DNA of 64,000 nt from Patescibacteria group bacterium (GCA_040384445.1 JAZKJG010000002.1:90087-154086), one strand, 5' to 3'; counted from the first letter of the stretch, positions 10,322-20,108 are shown. Program-made: numbers and translations. Notes: generated by a model from the letters alone, not told the origin.

Positions 10322-10351
10322 AAAAAACCTCACGAGCTGTGAGGTTTTTTG
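10322..10351. terminator. Bidirectional terminator between convergent pgk and the DoxX gene
   Basis: AAAAAACCTCAC-GAGCT-GTGAGGTTTTTT. Confidence 0.8.
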
Positions 10352-10364
10352 TTACTGTTAATAA

Positions 10365-10844
10365 TTATAGTGTAGGATTGTTTGTTGGTGCTGTAGGTTG
10401 CACAGGTGGAGGAGTCACACTTGGTGCAGCTTGTGCTACTGGAGCAGGTGTTGATGAGGTAAGATCTTTGACTGAGCATTCACAAGGCTTAATAGCGTAT
10501 TTTCCACTTCCTGTATACACAAGGATAAGTGAACCAGCAAGAAGTACTGAAGTTGAAATAACTTCAGTTGATCCTGCATATTTTGAAGTATAGTATACCG
10601 CTCCGGCCATGATGATAGCTGCGCCTGCAGCTGCGATCTGAGTGTATACTCCGAAAAGTATTCCTAGTCCTGCAAGAAGTTCACCTACAGATACTGCCCA
10701 TACTACTGCTGCAGAAGTGATTCCCATAGCGGTAAAGTACTCAGTAACCATTGGCATGTCCATAAGCTTCATTACACCAGAAAAGGCAAGCATACCCCCA
10801 ACGATGATTCGAAGTGCTAATAATATTATATGTTTTATTTTCAT
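10365..10844 (-). CDS. DoxX family membrane protein
   Basis: LRIIVG..SGVMKL, GELLAG, GSGKYA. Confidence 0.85.
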   Translation of the reverse strand: MKIKHIILLALRIIVGGMLAFSGVMKLMDMPMVTEYFTAMGITSAAVVWAVSVGELLAGLGILFGVYTQIAAAGAAIIMAGAVYYTSKYAGSTEVISTSVLLAGSLILVYTGSGKYAIKPCECSVKDLTSSTPAPVAQAAPSVTPPPVQPTAPTNNPTL

Positions 10845-10851
10845 GGCTTTA

Positions 10852-11307
10852 TTATAGCTCTGCTTTCACTTTTTCCGCAATCTCCTGCATTTCATTTCCA
10901 ATATAAACTTCCTTCTTTTTATCAATATATCCTCCATCGTCGTTATATCGAGGAATAATATGGATATGACCATGCCAAATTATCTGTCCGGCTGCTGATT
11001 CATTGTTCATCACTATATTTACACCATCTGCATCCATGCTGTTCTTTACTGCTACGGCTAGTTTTTGAACAGTAATCATAACTCGAGCAGCTGTCTCTGC
11101 AGGAAAACTATAAATATTTTCATAATGCTCTTTAGGAACTACAAGAACGTGACCTTTGGCAGTTGGAAAACTATCCAAGAAGGCAAATGTATCATCATCC
11201 TCATAGACTTTTCCAGATGGAATATCTCCTCGAACTAGCTTACAAAAGATACAATCTTTCTTAATTGCGTCATAATCATGTACTTCTTTGTTGTCATTTT
11301 GTGTCAT
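10852..11307 (-). CDS. HIT family nucleotide hydrolase
   Basis: CIFC, GHVLVVPKEH, HGHIHIIPR. Confidence 0.92.
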   Translation of the reverse strand: MTQNDNKEVHDYDAIKKDCIFCKLVRGDIPSGKVYEDDDTFAFLDSFPTAKGHVLVVPKEHYENIYSFPAETAARVMITVQKLAVAVKNSMDADGVNIVMNNESAAGQIIWHGHIHIIPRYNDDGGYIDKKKEVYIGNEMQEIAEKVKAEL

Positions 11308-11342
11308 ATTGCGAGTATACCATATGTGCTATCATTACCCAC

Positions 11343-13103
11343 ATGCATGATATCCATCTCAAGATTCTGAAAGATCGTGGTTTGACTCAAGGGGAAATTG
11401 AGGAGTTTTTACATCCAGAATATAGAGAAGATAAAGGAGGAATGTACGACGTGTCTAAGATGAAGGATATTGATAAAGCTACTGGTAGGATTTGGAAAGC
11501 GATTGAAAATGGTGAGAAAATCTGTGTGTATGCGGATTATGACGCAGACGGAGTTCCTGGGGCTACTGTGTTATATGAGTTTTTTAGGAAACTGAAGTAT
11601 GAGGAAAATGTAGTGGTTAAAATCCCTCATCGACATAGGGATGGGTTTGGATTGCATTCACATATTATAGATGAGGCAAAAGAGGAGGGGGTTACTTTAC
11701 TCATCACTATAGACTTAGGTATTTCAAATGTTAAAGAAGTAGTGCATGCAAACAAGCTGGGTATTGATGTGATTATCACTGACCACCATTTACCACATGA
11801 AGAAATTCCTGCAGCATACGCGATCTTAAATCCAAAACAAGCAGACTGTAAATATGTAGAAAAAATGCTTTGTGGTAGTGGTGTGATTTTTAAGCTCGTT
11901 CATAGACTGGCGGAGCAGGCTCGAACTCGCGGATACAAGATTCATGTTGGTTGGGAAAAGTGGTTACTTGATCTTGTTGGTCTTGCGACGATTTCTGACA
12001 TGGTTCCACTAACCGGTGAAAATAGAGTCTTTGCACATTTTGGTTTAAAGGTGCTTCAGAAAAATACCAGACTCGGTTTCGCAACTCTTTTATCGGAACT
12101 CAAGATCGATCCTAAAAATCTTCAAGAAGATGATATTGGATTTTCTATCAGTCCGTGTATTAATGCAGCTTCACGAATGTCACATGCATATGATGCGTTC
12201 ATGTTACTGACAAGTATTAACGGATCTGATGCTGGAACTCGTGGTAAACAACTTGTTTCATTGAATGTTGCTAGAAAGAGTAAAGCAAAGACATTAGTGA
12301 AAGATGCAGAGAAAAAAATCTCGAAGGAAGATGTAGAGAGTGGTATTTTGATTTTTGGTGACGAAACATGGTCCCCTACTTTACTGGGTCCTGTGTGTAG
12401 TAACATGGTCCGACAGTTTCAGCTTCCAGCATTTGCATATGCGTGTGAGGACGGAGATGTGTTTCGCGGATCATGTCGATCACTTCCTGGAGTGAGTGTT
12501 GTTGAAATCCTCACACTCATGCCAGAAGGTTTTTTTATAGAGTTTGGAGGTCATGCTGCATCAGGAGGTTTTGCGTTTGTGAAGGAGAATGAAACTATTT
12601 TCAAGGAGGAATTGCAAAAAGCATACATAGCATGGAAGGTGTCTGATGATTTAAAAAATGCTGATGTTGTAAAGCAACATGAAATACCGGCCTACACTAT
12701 TACTCACGATACGGTTGATGAAACACTTGTGCATAGTCTTTCTCAACTTAAACCGTTTGGTATGGGAAATGAAAAACCATACTTCTGTGTAACTGGAGTA
12801 AAACTAAAAAATGTAAAACTGTTTGGTAAAGAAAAAGAACATGCTGAGTTTATTGTTGAGAGTTATGTGAATACTTTGGGTGAAGCAAAAGATGCTACCC
12901 CTGACTTTTTACATGATGTATATAAGTACTCAACTTCACATAGAAAAGTTTCACCACTTAGATACATCTCATTTTTTACAGATAAACGGCTTATGGAGAT
13001 TGATACAAGTAAGACAGTGAGTTTATTTGGGTATGTTGAAGAGAGTTACTTCCTAGGTAAGCGAGAGATACGATTTCGAGTTGAAGATATTACTGTGAAT
13101 TAA
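11343..13103 (+). CDS. recJ: Single-stranded DNA exonuclease RecJ
   Basis: DYDADG, TDHH, GGHAASGG, PFGMGN; start moved to ATG 11343. Confidence 0.92.
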   Translation: MHDIHLKILKDRGLTQGEIEEFLHPEYREDKGGMYDVSKMKDIDKATGRIWKAIENGEKICVYADYDADGVPGATVLYEFFRKLKYEENVVVKIPHRHRDGFGLHSHIIDEAKEEGVTLLITIDLGISNVKEVVHANKLGIDVIITDHHLPHEEIPAAYAILNPKQADCKYVEKMLCGSGVIFKLVHRLAEQARTRGYKIHVGWEKWLLDLVGLATISDMVPLTGENRVFAHFGLKVLQKNTRLGFATLLSELKIDPKNLQEDDIGFSISPCINAASRMSHAYDAFMLLTSINGSDAGTRGKQLVSLNVARKSKAKTLVKDAEKKISKEDVESGILIFGDETWSPTLLGPVCSNMVRQFQLPAFAYACEDGDVFRGSCRSLPGVSVVEILTLMPEGFFIEFGGHAASGGFAFVKENETIFKEELQKAYIAWKVSDDLKNADVVKQHEIPAYTITHDTVDETLVHSLSQLKPFGMGNEKPYFCVTGVKLKNVKLFGKEKEHAEFIVESYVNTLGEAKDATPDFLHDVYKYSTSHRKVSPLRYISFFTDKRLMEIDTSKTVSLFGYVEESYFLGKREIRFRVEDITVN

Positions 13104-13118
13104 TGTATAATAGCTTTC

Positions 13119-13646
13119 ATGTTTCATACAGATACCATAACTATATATACAGACGGATCATCACGAGGTAATCCTGGACGAGGTGGCTGGGCATCAATAA
13201 TTGTCTTTGGTGATTTACATCAGATTGAACTTGGAGGAAAAGAGTCACATACAACAAATAACAAAATGGAGCTCGAAGGTGTTACACAGGGTTTGAAGGC
13301 TGTACTCACGCATAAGATTGGAGCGTTTAAAAAAGTACATGTTAACTCAGATTCAAAATATGTCCTACAGGGTATCCAAACTTGGATTCACGGATGGAAG
13401 AAAAATAATTGGAAGACTGCATCGAAGTCTCCTGTGTTGAATCAAGAGTTGTGGCAAGAGTTGGATTCCGTTCGAGAACAAGTTTCACAATCTGGCTACG
13501 AGATTGAGTGGTCATATGTTAAAGGACATAGTGATAATGTATGGAATGAACATGCTGATGTGATTGCGACGACGTGTGCGGATAGTGAGGAGATGTTGGA
13601 TAAGGCGGTGAAAGTTTTTTATGAGGGAGTTGTTACACGGAAATAG
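13119..13646 (+). CDS. rnhA: Ribonuclease HI
   Basis: YTDGSSRGNPGRGG, TNNKMEL, DSKY, VKGHS..NEHAD. Confidence 0.95.
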   Translation: MFHTDTITIYTDGSSRGNPGRGGWASIIVFGDLHQIELGGKESHTTNNKMELEGVTQGLKAVLTHKIGAFKKVHVNSDSKYVLQGIQTWIHGWKKNNWKTASKSPVLNQELWQELDSVREQVSQSGYEIEWSYVKGHSDNVWNEHADVIATTCADSEEMLDKAVKVFYEGVVTRK

Positions 13647-13719
13647 TTTATACTTTCTTTATGAAAGTACGAGTGCTTTCTTTAACAGAAATTGAACATC
13701 GTCTTGCTACCCTAATCCG

Positions 13720-15075
13720 ATGTACAGACGATTTTTATTTTGCATATGTTTCATCGGTGCCGTGTACTTTGTAATTGTGGCTCAAGCGGAATATGTGAAA
13801 AAAATAGAAGGGTTGATAGAGGTTAAAAATGCTACTGCCACTTTGACAATTGATAGTGATGTTACACGAAGTGAGATTAAGTTTGTGTTCATGGCACATG
13901 ATGTTAAAAACGATGAACGGTATAAAGTTACTTCTCCTTCAAACCTTGATCTGAAGTTTGGTGATTGTATACAGGTTGTTGGAAATGTTTCAATTCCAAA
14001 AAAGAAAGTTTCTGGAGATGATGGACCTCTGTATAATTTTCCGTATCGAGAATACTTGGCTAAAGATAATGTGTATCTTTTGATGACCGTAAAAAAGATG
14101 GAGCATGTTTCATTGTGTAACCCTTTATCTTGGTATGATGAATTGAAATTATATTTTATTTTACAAAAAGATAAACTGACACAAATATTTTTGAATGAGT
14201 ATGAACAACCATATGCTGGGCTTGTTGCAGGAGTGTTGGTTGCAGGAAAAGGATTGCTTGATAAAGAATCTTTGGAGTTATTTAAAATGACGAGCTTGAG
14301 TCATGTGGTGGTTTTGTCTGGATCAAACGTTTCACTTATTTTAGTCTGCATAAAGATGCTTGTTGATAAATTATTTTTCTGGAGAAAAGAAAAAGGTGTT
14401 GTGATTAAGGTAGTGCAAAAAATAATTGTTCTAATTGTAGTGTGGGCATTTGTATTACTGACTGGTGGGGGTGCTCCAATTTATCGAGCTGTAGTAAGTG
14501 CATATTGTGGACTTATATTGTTTCAAGAAAAAACTTCTCAAGTGTATGCGTTGTTTGTTGTGATTTTTATCATGACGATAATAAGTCCATTTCAAACGTT
14601 GCATGATCCTTCTTTTCATCTGACATGTGCGGCAACGTTTGGACTTATACTTTGTACAAAACCAATTGATGAGTGGATGAGATTATCTCGGTTACGATTT
14701 ATACCTAGTTGGTTGCGTGAGATTGCTTCTGCAACCTTGGCGACACAGGTTTTTGTATTTCCATATATTGTGTACATGACCGCATCTTTTTCGTCAGTGT
14801 TTCTTTTGAGTAATGTGTTGGTGTTGCCTGTAATCCCTATAATTATGCTTTTGGGATTTTTAACTCTTTGCAGTGATTTGTTTGGTGTGGAGTGGTTGTT
14901 GAAGTTGGTGGTGTTTGTAAATAATCTTTTACTTCACTTTGTGTTTTGGATTGTTGGGGTGTTGGCAGATGTTCCTCATGCCTATGTAGAACTTTCGAAA
15001 AGTGAAAGTATATGGATTTTGGTAGGGTATTGTATTGTTGCTTTTTTAATATACATGTGGCATCTTAGGGATTAA
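13720..15075 (+). CDS. comEC: ComEC/Rec2 competence channel (OB plus membrane domains, no MBL domain)
   Basis: SHVVVLSGSNV, SFHLT..AT.G, SNVLVLP. Confidence 0.85.
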   Translation: MYRRFLFCICFIGAVYFVIVAQAEYVKKIEGLIEVKNATATLTIDSDVTRSEIKFVFMAHDVKNDERYKVTSPSNLDLKFGDCIQVVGNVSIPKKKVSGDDGPLYNFPYREYLAKDNVYLLMTVKKMEHVSLCNPLSWYDELKLYFILQKDKLTQIFLNEYEQPYAGLVAGVLVAGKGLLDKESLELFKMTSLSHVVVLSGSNVSLILVCIKMLVDKLFFWRKEKGVVIKVVQKIIVLIVVWAFVLLTGGGAPIYRAVVSAYCGLILFQEKTSQVYALFVVIFIMTIISPFQTLHDPSFHLTCAATFGLILCTKPIDEWMRLSRLRFIPSWLREIASATLATQVFVFPYIVYMTASFSSVFLLSNVLVLPVIPIIMLLGFLTLCSDLFGVEWLLKLVVFVNNLLLHFVFWIVGVLADVPHAYVELSKSESIWILVGYCIVAFLIYMWHLRD

Positions 15076-15172
15076 GTGTTCTTTGAAATCACTTCCTCAC
15101 AAACAAACAACAGGCCCGCTTTTGGTATCGATGAGTGTCGACGCCTTAGGTGAGCTGCAACTAAAAAAAATT

Positions 15173-15862
15173 ATGAGCAATATGCCCGTAACAGAAAAAC
15201 TCGCAACTGACAGTCAAGGAAGGTGCTTTATCAAAATAGTAAGGGAAAAAAAGATCTCTCGTGCAGTTCTACAGAAAGCATTGAATAATGGATCTATAGC
15301 ACGTTATCTAGATTCGCTTATTGCTGATGAAAAGAGTAGTTATAATCCGTTGAGTGATAAGCATATCCGAAGACTTACAACCTTGGCAAAACAAGAAGGT
15401 GCGCGCATACTTGTTCTTCGTCGAGTTCCTGTTACACAAGATCTTGATTGGCAGGATGCAATTAATCTTGTAGGATCAGATACTCCGCACGACAGTCCAA
15501 TCCGAATGGTTAAGGTTAGTGCACTATTTCCCCCTGCTTCTCATTGTGAAGATTTAATTGACATTGTCCTTTTGAACTATCCGAATGGTGATGGTGATTG
15601 GGATAAAGCATTGGCATGGGCAGACAAAGCCTCGATGAATATTACTAACCCTCGGGAAGTTTTTGCTATCGGGACACACCGTCCAAGTCTACATGTATTC
15701 CTTGGTCAGGATCAGATTCATGTGGTTGCTTCGACGGAAGCAACTTGCTTTGATCAACGGTTCATTCCAAGTATTTGGAGTGATGACTTAAGGAGCGGAG
15801 CTTCTGTGATCTACCCCTGCGATTGCAAATCACCTAGCATTTGGCATGCCTTCCGTCAGTAA
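15173..15862 (+). CDS. Hypothetical protein
   Basis: Long ORF (track start 15083; ATG 15173 preferred) with a downstream hairpin. Confidence 0.6.
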   Translation: MSNMPVTEKLATDSQGRCFIKIVREKKISRAVLQKALNNGSIARYLDSLIADEKSSYNPLSDKHIRRLTTLAKQEGARILVLRRVPVTQDLDWQDAINLVGSDTPHDSPIRMVKVSALFPPASHCEDLIDIVLLNYPNGDGDWDKALAWADKASMNITNPREVFAIGTHRPSLHVFLGQDQIHVVASTEATCFDQRFIPSIWSDDLRSGASVIYPCDCKSPSIWHAFRQ

Positions 15863-15905
15863 CTCATCAGCCCGGTCCCATGAAAGTGGAGACTGGGCTT
15901 TTTTC

Positions 15906-16481
15906 TTATTGAAATCTCTCCTCAACAACCTCAAAATTAACATTCCCAAAAAATGCCTCAACGTAACTCTTCTTCTCAGAAGGTGGAACGTCGAGCATGT
16001 ATGAGTGTTCCCACATATCTAGTGCAAGAATAGGGTTAAGTCCTGTCAGGTGTCCATCATGCTGCTCTCCAACCCATGCATTCAGTAGATTGCCTGTAAC
16101 TGTATCTTGGTACAAAAACGCCCATCCAATTCCACGTGTCATGGCAAGAGTTTTAAACTCTGCTTCCCATGCTTCATGAGATCCCCACTGATCTTGGATT
16201 TTTTTACATAGACCAGAATCCGGGTTCATCTCTTTCGCTCCACCTTCAAACTGTTCAAAGTAATACTCATGGTTTCGAATTCCTCCAAACTCAAATCCAA
16301 ATCGTCGTCGGAGTTCTCCGATAACATATATATCTGTTGTAGCAGCAATAGTATCTAAGATAAGGTTTGCATGCTTCACATACCCAGCATATAGTTTTAA
16401 ATGCTCAGAAACTGTTTGTTCTGATATTCCTGTAAGAGCAGGTAATGTAAATGTTTTTTCTGTAAATTTGTTATAATTCAT
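15906..16481 (-). CDS. Fe/Mn superoxide dismutase
   Basis: NHEYYF, GIGW, DMWEHSY metal-ligand motif. Confidence 0.88.
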   Translation of the reverse strand: MNYNKFTEKTFTLPALTGISEQTVSEHLKLYAGYVKHANLILDTIAATTDIYVIGELRRRFGFEFGGIRNHEYYFEQFEGGAKEMNPDSGLCKKIQDQWGSHEAWEAEFKTLAMTRGIGWAFLYQDTVTGNLLNAWVGEQHDGHLTGLNPILALDMWEHSYMLDVPPSEKKSYVEAFFGNVNFEVVEERFQ

Positions 16482-16535
16482 TTCTTTATATTTTGTTAGG
16501 TTTTATTTTATCCGATATATGCTTATATTATATAT

Positions 16536-17423
16536 GTGATCTCACGTATATTCTATAGATATAATTTTTTATATATTGCCCTGTGTTTTGTATTTCTCAT
16601 ACAGCTCCAGATCATATATATGCTTCAGCAGTCTAAGGGTTGTAGAAACCCAGAAGCGCTTGTTGCCTTTTTAAATGTAGGACAAGGTGATGCTACGTAT
16701 ATTCAAGATACCACAGGTAAGAGCATTCTTATTGATACTGGACCAAAGGATAGCCAAGTTGTGACAAGAATACAAGAGGTGACGGGGTGTAACAAAGTGA
16801 GTATTGATTCACTTGTCCTAACTCATCCTGATTCAGATCATATTGGTGAAGCTGAAAAGATGATTACAAAAGGGCTCGTTAAACAGGTTGTTCATAATGG
16901 GTTTATGGATATGGATCAGCCAGATGAATCGCCTACAGAAAATAGACTAGAAACTACAACAATCCCACGAAGAACAGTTTTGGCAGGAGACATATTATCT
17001 TTAGAAAACATTCAGTTACAAGTTATATATCCCATGGAAGAACCATATCTAACTAAGCCAAAGAAAGGGGAAGTGGATGATAATATATATTCATTATCTA
17101 TGAAAATTACCAGTGGAGAGCATTCATTTATTGTAACTGGTGATGCATATGTGCTTGAGGAAAAGAAAATGATTGCTCGATATAAAGAAATGTTAGATGT
17201 AGATGTGTTAAAGCTCGGACATCACGGTTCAAAGACTTCCACATCACAAGAATTTTTGACTGTGACATCTCCTGATGAGGTTGTGATCTCTGCAGGGAAG
17301 GATAATTCGTATAAACATCCGAGTGAAGTTGTGTTGAGCAGAGTATATACCCAGCAACGTAAAAAGCCTCTCCAGATAAGAGAGACTTTTACAGAGGGGA
17401 ATGTGGTTTATTTGTTAGAGTAA
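16536..17423 (+). CDS. Stand-alone ComEC-type metallo-beta-lactamase-fold nuclease domain
   Basis: FLNVGQGDA, THPDSDH, TGD, GHHGSKTS, N.YKHP; N-terminal TM helix. Confidence 0.88.
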   Translation: MISRIFYRYNFLYIALCFVFLIQLQIIYMLQQSKGCRNPEALVAFLNVGQGDATYIQDTTGKSILIDTGPKDSQVVTRIQEVTGCNKVSIDSLVLTHPDSDHIGEAEKMITKGLVKQVVHNGFMDMDQPDESPTENRLETTTIPRRTVLAGDILSLENIQLQVIYPMEEPYLTKPKKGEVDDNIYSLSMKITSGEHSFIVTGDAYVLEEKKMIARYKEMLDVDVLKLGHHGSKTSTSQEFLTVTSPDEVVISAGKDNSYKHPSEVVLSRVYTQQRKKPLQIRETFTEGNVVYLLE

Positions 17424-18007
17424 AAAATTTTCCTAATCCAAACTCCAGCAAGTACTGTTAACGCTCCGAGAGTGTCTGAAAGTATATCTTTCTGAGCATC
17501 CCAAATATCTCCTTGACTTCCAAGTACTGAGTTACCTGCAGCAGGGTCTGACATAACTGCGAATTGCCATTCAAATAGTTCATAAATTCCTGCAATAGAA
17601 ATAATTACGCAGAGTGCAAATATTCCTGCAGCTAGTGCAGATGATGTAATATTTCTACTTCTTAGATACTGATATATTGGTAGTGCATAAAATCCGACAG
17701 AAAAGTGTGCGACCCTGTCATACATATTTCTTTCAAATCCAAACAAGTCATTAAACCAAGCAAATGGAACTCGTTCAAATGTATAATGTGCACCTATTGT
17801 ATGCATAAAAATGAACACACTCATGAGTATATATGCAGTGTTAGAAAACCGAATCCCTTTAACATACATAATAATTATAGGAATTAAAACAACCCATACG
17901 GTTGCGCTTTCGACAAACCATACTGCTCTGTCATATGGATTAAACGAACCTATAACAAATAGTACTGTCCAGAGTGAGAGTAATATGTGGGGGATATATT
18001 TTTTCAT
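17408..18007 (-). CDS. DUF2238 (YjdF-like) membrane protein
   Basis: GAHYTFERVP, RNMYDRVAHF, YELFEW, QGDIWDAQKD. Confidence 0.85.
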   Translation of the reverse strand: MKKYIPHILLSLWTVLFVIGSFNPYDRAVWFVESATVWVVLIPIIIMYVKGIRFSNTAYILMSVFIFMHTIGAHYTFERVPFAWFNDLFGFERNMYDRVAHFSVGFYALPIYQYLRSRNITSSALAAGIFALCVIISIAGIYELFEWQFAVMSDPAAGNSVLGSQGDIWDAQKDILSDTLGALTVLAGVWIRKIFYSNK

Positions 18008-18075
18008 ATAGTAAGTATACGATAGATATAAAATAAAAACTCCCTTAATTCTAATTGTGATATGATTAACCTATC

Positions 18076-19368
18076 ATGAAAAATACACAAAATGGTTCTG
18101 CTGTAGTTATTGCATTACTAATTGTACTTTTACTTTCAGCAGCAGGAGGAGGTTATGTATATATGGAAAATAAAAAGCTTCAACCATCTTATGAGGCTCA
18201 GCAAAGTGTTAATCAATCTGCTGAAAAGAAAACTGTTGTTGCTAATGATTTTAATTCTTGTATGTCTCAAGCAAAAGATGCTTCATTTAGTTTTACAATT
18301 TCATTTATGCATGGTTCAGACTTTAGTCAAGTACAGGAGTTTGCAAAAGATTTTAAAACTAAGTTTTCTAGAGCTGAACTTGAAATTGAGTCAGAACAAC
18401 AGTATGTAGCCTCTGCATTAGCAAGATATCAAGGTGAATTGCAGACAGTTCAGGATATGGGAGAATATAAGAAGAATCTTACAGAAAATGCTCGAGCAAA
18501 AATAGATATTAATGTTCCAGCGAAAGATCTTGGAACTCTCACTGCTTACAATAACTTTGTAGAAGCAACACTTGCAAAATATCCAAATGCAAAGTTTGAG
18601 CAATACTCTGGGTCTGTGCCAAATAACTTCTTAGAAAAAGGGTATATTGATAAATATATTTCAATGATGGAACAAAGTTGTGATTATAGATTTAATAAAA
18701 TGACAGCTAAAGAAAAAGATGAAGAAGAAATGGTTAAGCTAGAGATTGCACTTAGAAGTTCTGAAATTTCAGTACGAGAATATTATCAAAATAATGGGTT
18801 TTACGGTAAGGGAGGCTTGTCTAGAAACAATGGGTTTTGTTCAGATACAGGTACACACGGTTTAAAAACATTTCTTGAAGATATGAAAAAGTTTACAGGA
18901 GATTTGTATTGTTATGCATCAGAAACTGAGTATGCAATTTCAGTTCCCATCAAGCTTGGCTCTCAAATCGGTTACTGCGTTGATAGTACAGGGTTTAATG
19001 GAACAACATCTTCACCGCAAGCAGCAAGTAAAGGTTATTGCGTAGCTAAGCAAGTGGCAAATCAAAACATTAGCAAATGTCAAAACGCAGATGGAAATAC
19101 TCCAAGAGATAGATGGATTTGTGTAGGTAATTTGATTGATCCATTTCCTTCAAAAATATATACAATTGTCTCTCCTTTTGCGACACCTGTAAGTCAAAAG
19201 GTATCTTTCTGTAAAAAATTCTCTGGAGTTGAAAAAGATTATTGTTTATCCTCTATTACATTCTCACAAAATACTGGTGATGGAGGGCCAACAGAAAAAG
19301 AAATATGTGCCATGGTGTCTAATACAAACAAATGGTTTAAAGATGATTGCGGAAAAGATCCTTACTAA
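18076..19368 (+). CDS. Membrane-anchored Cys-rich surface protein with prepilin-like N-terminus
   Basis: QNG|SAVVI plus TM helix; many paired Cys; CVDSTG motif. Confidence 0.7.
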   Translation: MKNTQNGSAVVIALLIVLLLSAAGGGYVYMENKKLQPSYEAQQSVNQSAEKKTVVANDFNSCMSQAKDASFSFTISFMHGSDFSQVQEFAKDFKTKFSRAELEIESEQQYVASALARYQGELQTVQDMGEYKKNLTENARAKIDINVPAKDLGTLTAYNNFVEATLAKYPNAKFEQYSGSVPNNFLEKGYIDKYISMMEQSCDYRFNKMTAKEKDEEEMVKLEIALRSSEISVREYYQNNGFYGKGGLSRNNGFCSDTGTHGLKTFLEDMKKFTGDLYCYASETEYAISVPIKLGSQIGYCVDSTGFNGTTSSPQAASKGYCVAKQVANQNISKCQNADGNTPRDRWICVGNLIDPFPSKIYTIVSPFATPVSQKVSFCKKFSGVEKDYCLSSITFSQNTGDGGPTEKEICAMVSNTNKWFKDDCGKDPY

Positions 19369-19421
19369 AAATATAAAAAACCTCTCAGGAAATTGAGAGG
19401 TTTTTTATATGTATTTAAACT

Positions 19422-19667
19422 TTATCCGATAATACCAGCTTTCTTCAAAGTTGCGAATGCACCATTCTTTTGAATAGTCTTAATAGCCTTAGCTGAGATG
19501 TTCAATGTAATTGATTGACCTAGCTCTGGAACGAAGATTTTTTTCTTCTGGATATTTACATATCGACGTCGTTTTCCTCCAGGGTTAAATTGAGTGGCAC
19601 GAGTTCTGTTAGAATATGTACCCCCGTTTATTGAACTTTTTTGTGTGATTGCGCAAACTTTTGACAT
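19422..19667 (-). CDS. rpmB: 50S ribosomal protein L28
   Basis: MSKVCAIT...KRRRYVNIQKKKIFVPELG...SAKAIKTI; start moved to 19667. Confidence 0.9.
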   Translation of the reverse strand: MSKVCAITQKSSINGGTYSNRTRATQFNPGGKRRRYVNIQKKKIFVPELGQSITLNISAKAIKTIQKNGAFATLKKAGIIG

Positions 19668-19705
19668 AGCATGGATATTAGCATGAAGGGAGGAATTAGG
19701 CAAAT

Positions 19706-19745
19706 AAAAAAAGACCCCCCAAGCACACTGTGTGCAATGGGGGTA
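19706..19745 (-). terminator. Intrinsic terminator of the 20074-19706 transcript
   Basis: Minus strand CCCCCATTGCACACAGTGTGCTTGGGGGGTCTTTTTTT. Confidence 0.75.
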
Positions 19746-20074
19746 TGAAGTTGTTGTTGTGAGAATACTGTACTTCATCGATAGTAGTCTCTAAAGCAAG
19801 GGTATCTAATATTTCGCGCTACATGGTTTGCTTTGTTTTCCATGGGCTAATCAGAGCTTACTTGTGTCGTTGCGCTTGGCTCTAAAGCGCTTGAATACTG
19901 GTCATAATGGCAAGGACGATCCTTGAATCTGGCAGTTTTCGTTTTAAAAGGGCTTCAGGTGTCTTGGACCGGCAATCGCACCGCAGCGCGAACTGGCCGG
20001 ATAGATATTAGTAAGAACTGCCTGAAGCATTCGGTGGGCTAGGTGTTACCCGAGGGTTTCACTTTTACCGAACA
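19706..20074 (-). ncRNA. Candidate multi-pseudoknot structured ncRNA (about 370 nt)
   Basis: Bounded by promoter and terminator; no credible ORF; three tandem H-type pseudoknots plus 5' stems. Confidence 0.55.
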
Positions 20075-20079
20075 TAAAT

Positions 20080-20108
20080 AATATACCCATAGTGCTATTA
20101 CTTGTCAA
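20080..20108 (-). promoter_or_regulatory. Sigma70 promoter
   Basis: TTGACA (20108-20103)-N17-TATATT (20085-20080). Confidence 0.75.

Noticed and set aside
13661-13774. 37-codon out-of-frame ORF overlapping the comEC start, suggesting a frameshift
   Set aside because: comEC has its own TGC-TACCCT-N6-ATG start at 13720, so no frameshift is needed.
19668-19778. N-terminal extension of L28
   Set aside because: It runs through a terminator hairpin; L28 begins at MSKVC (19667).
19706-20074. tmRNA, RNase P RNA or group I intron identity for the structured region
   Set aside because: No tRNA-like acceptor or T-arm and no Ala-Ala-ending tag; no GAGGAAAGTCC P4 motif; AGAGACTA occurs, but there is no interrupted host gene and no other intron core elements.
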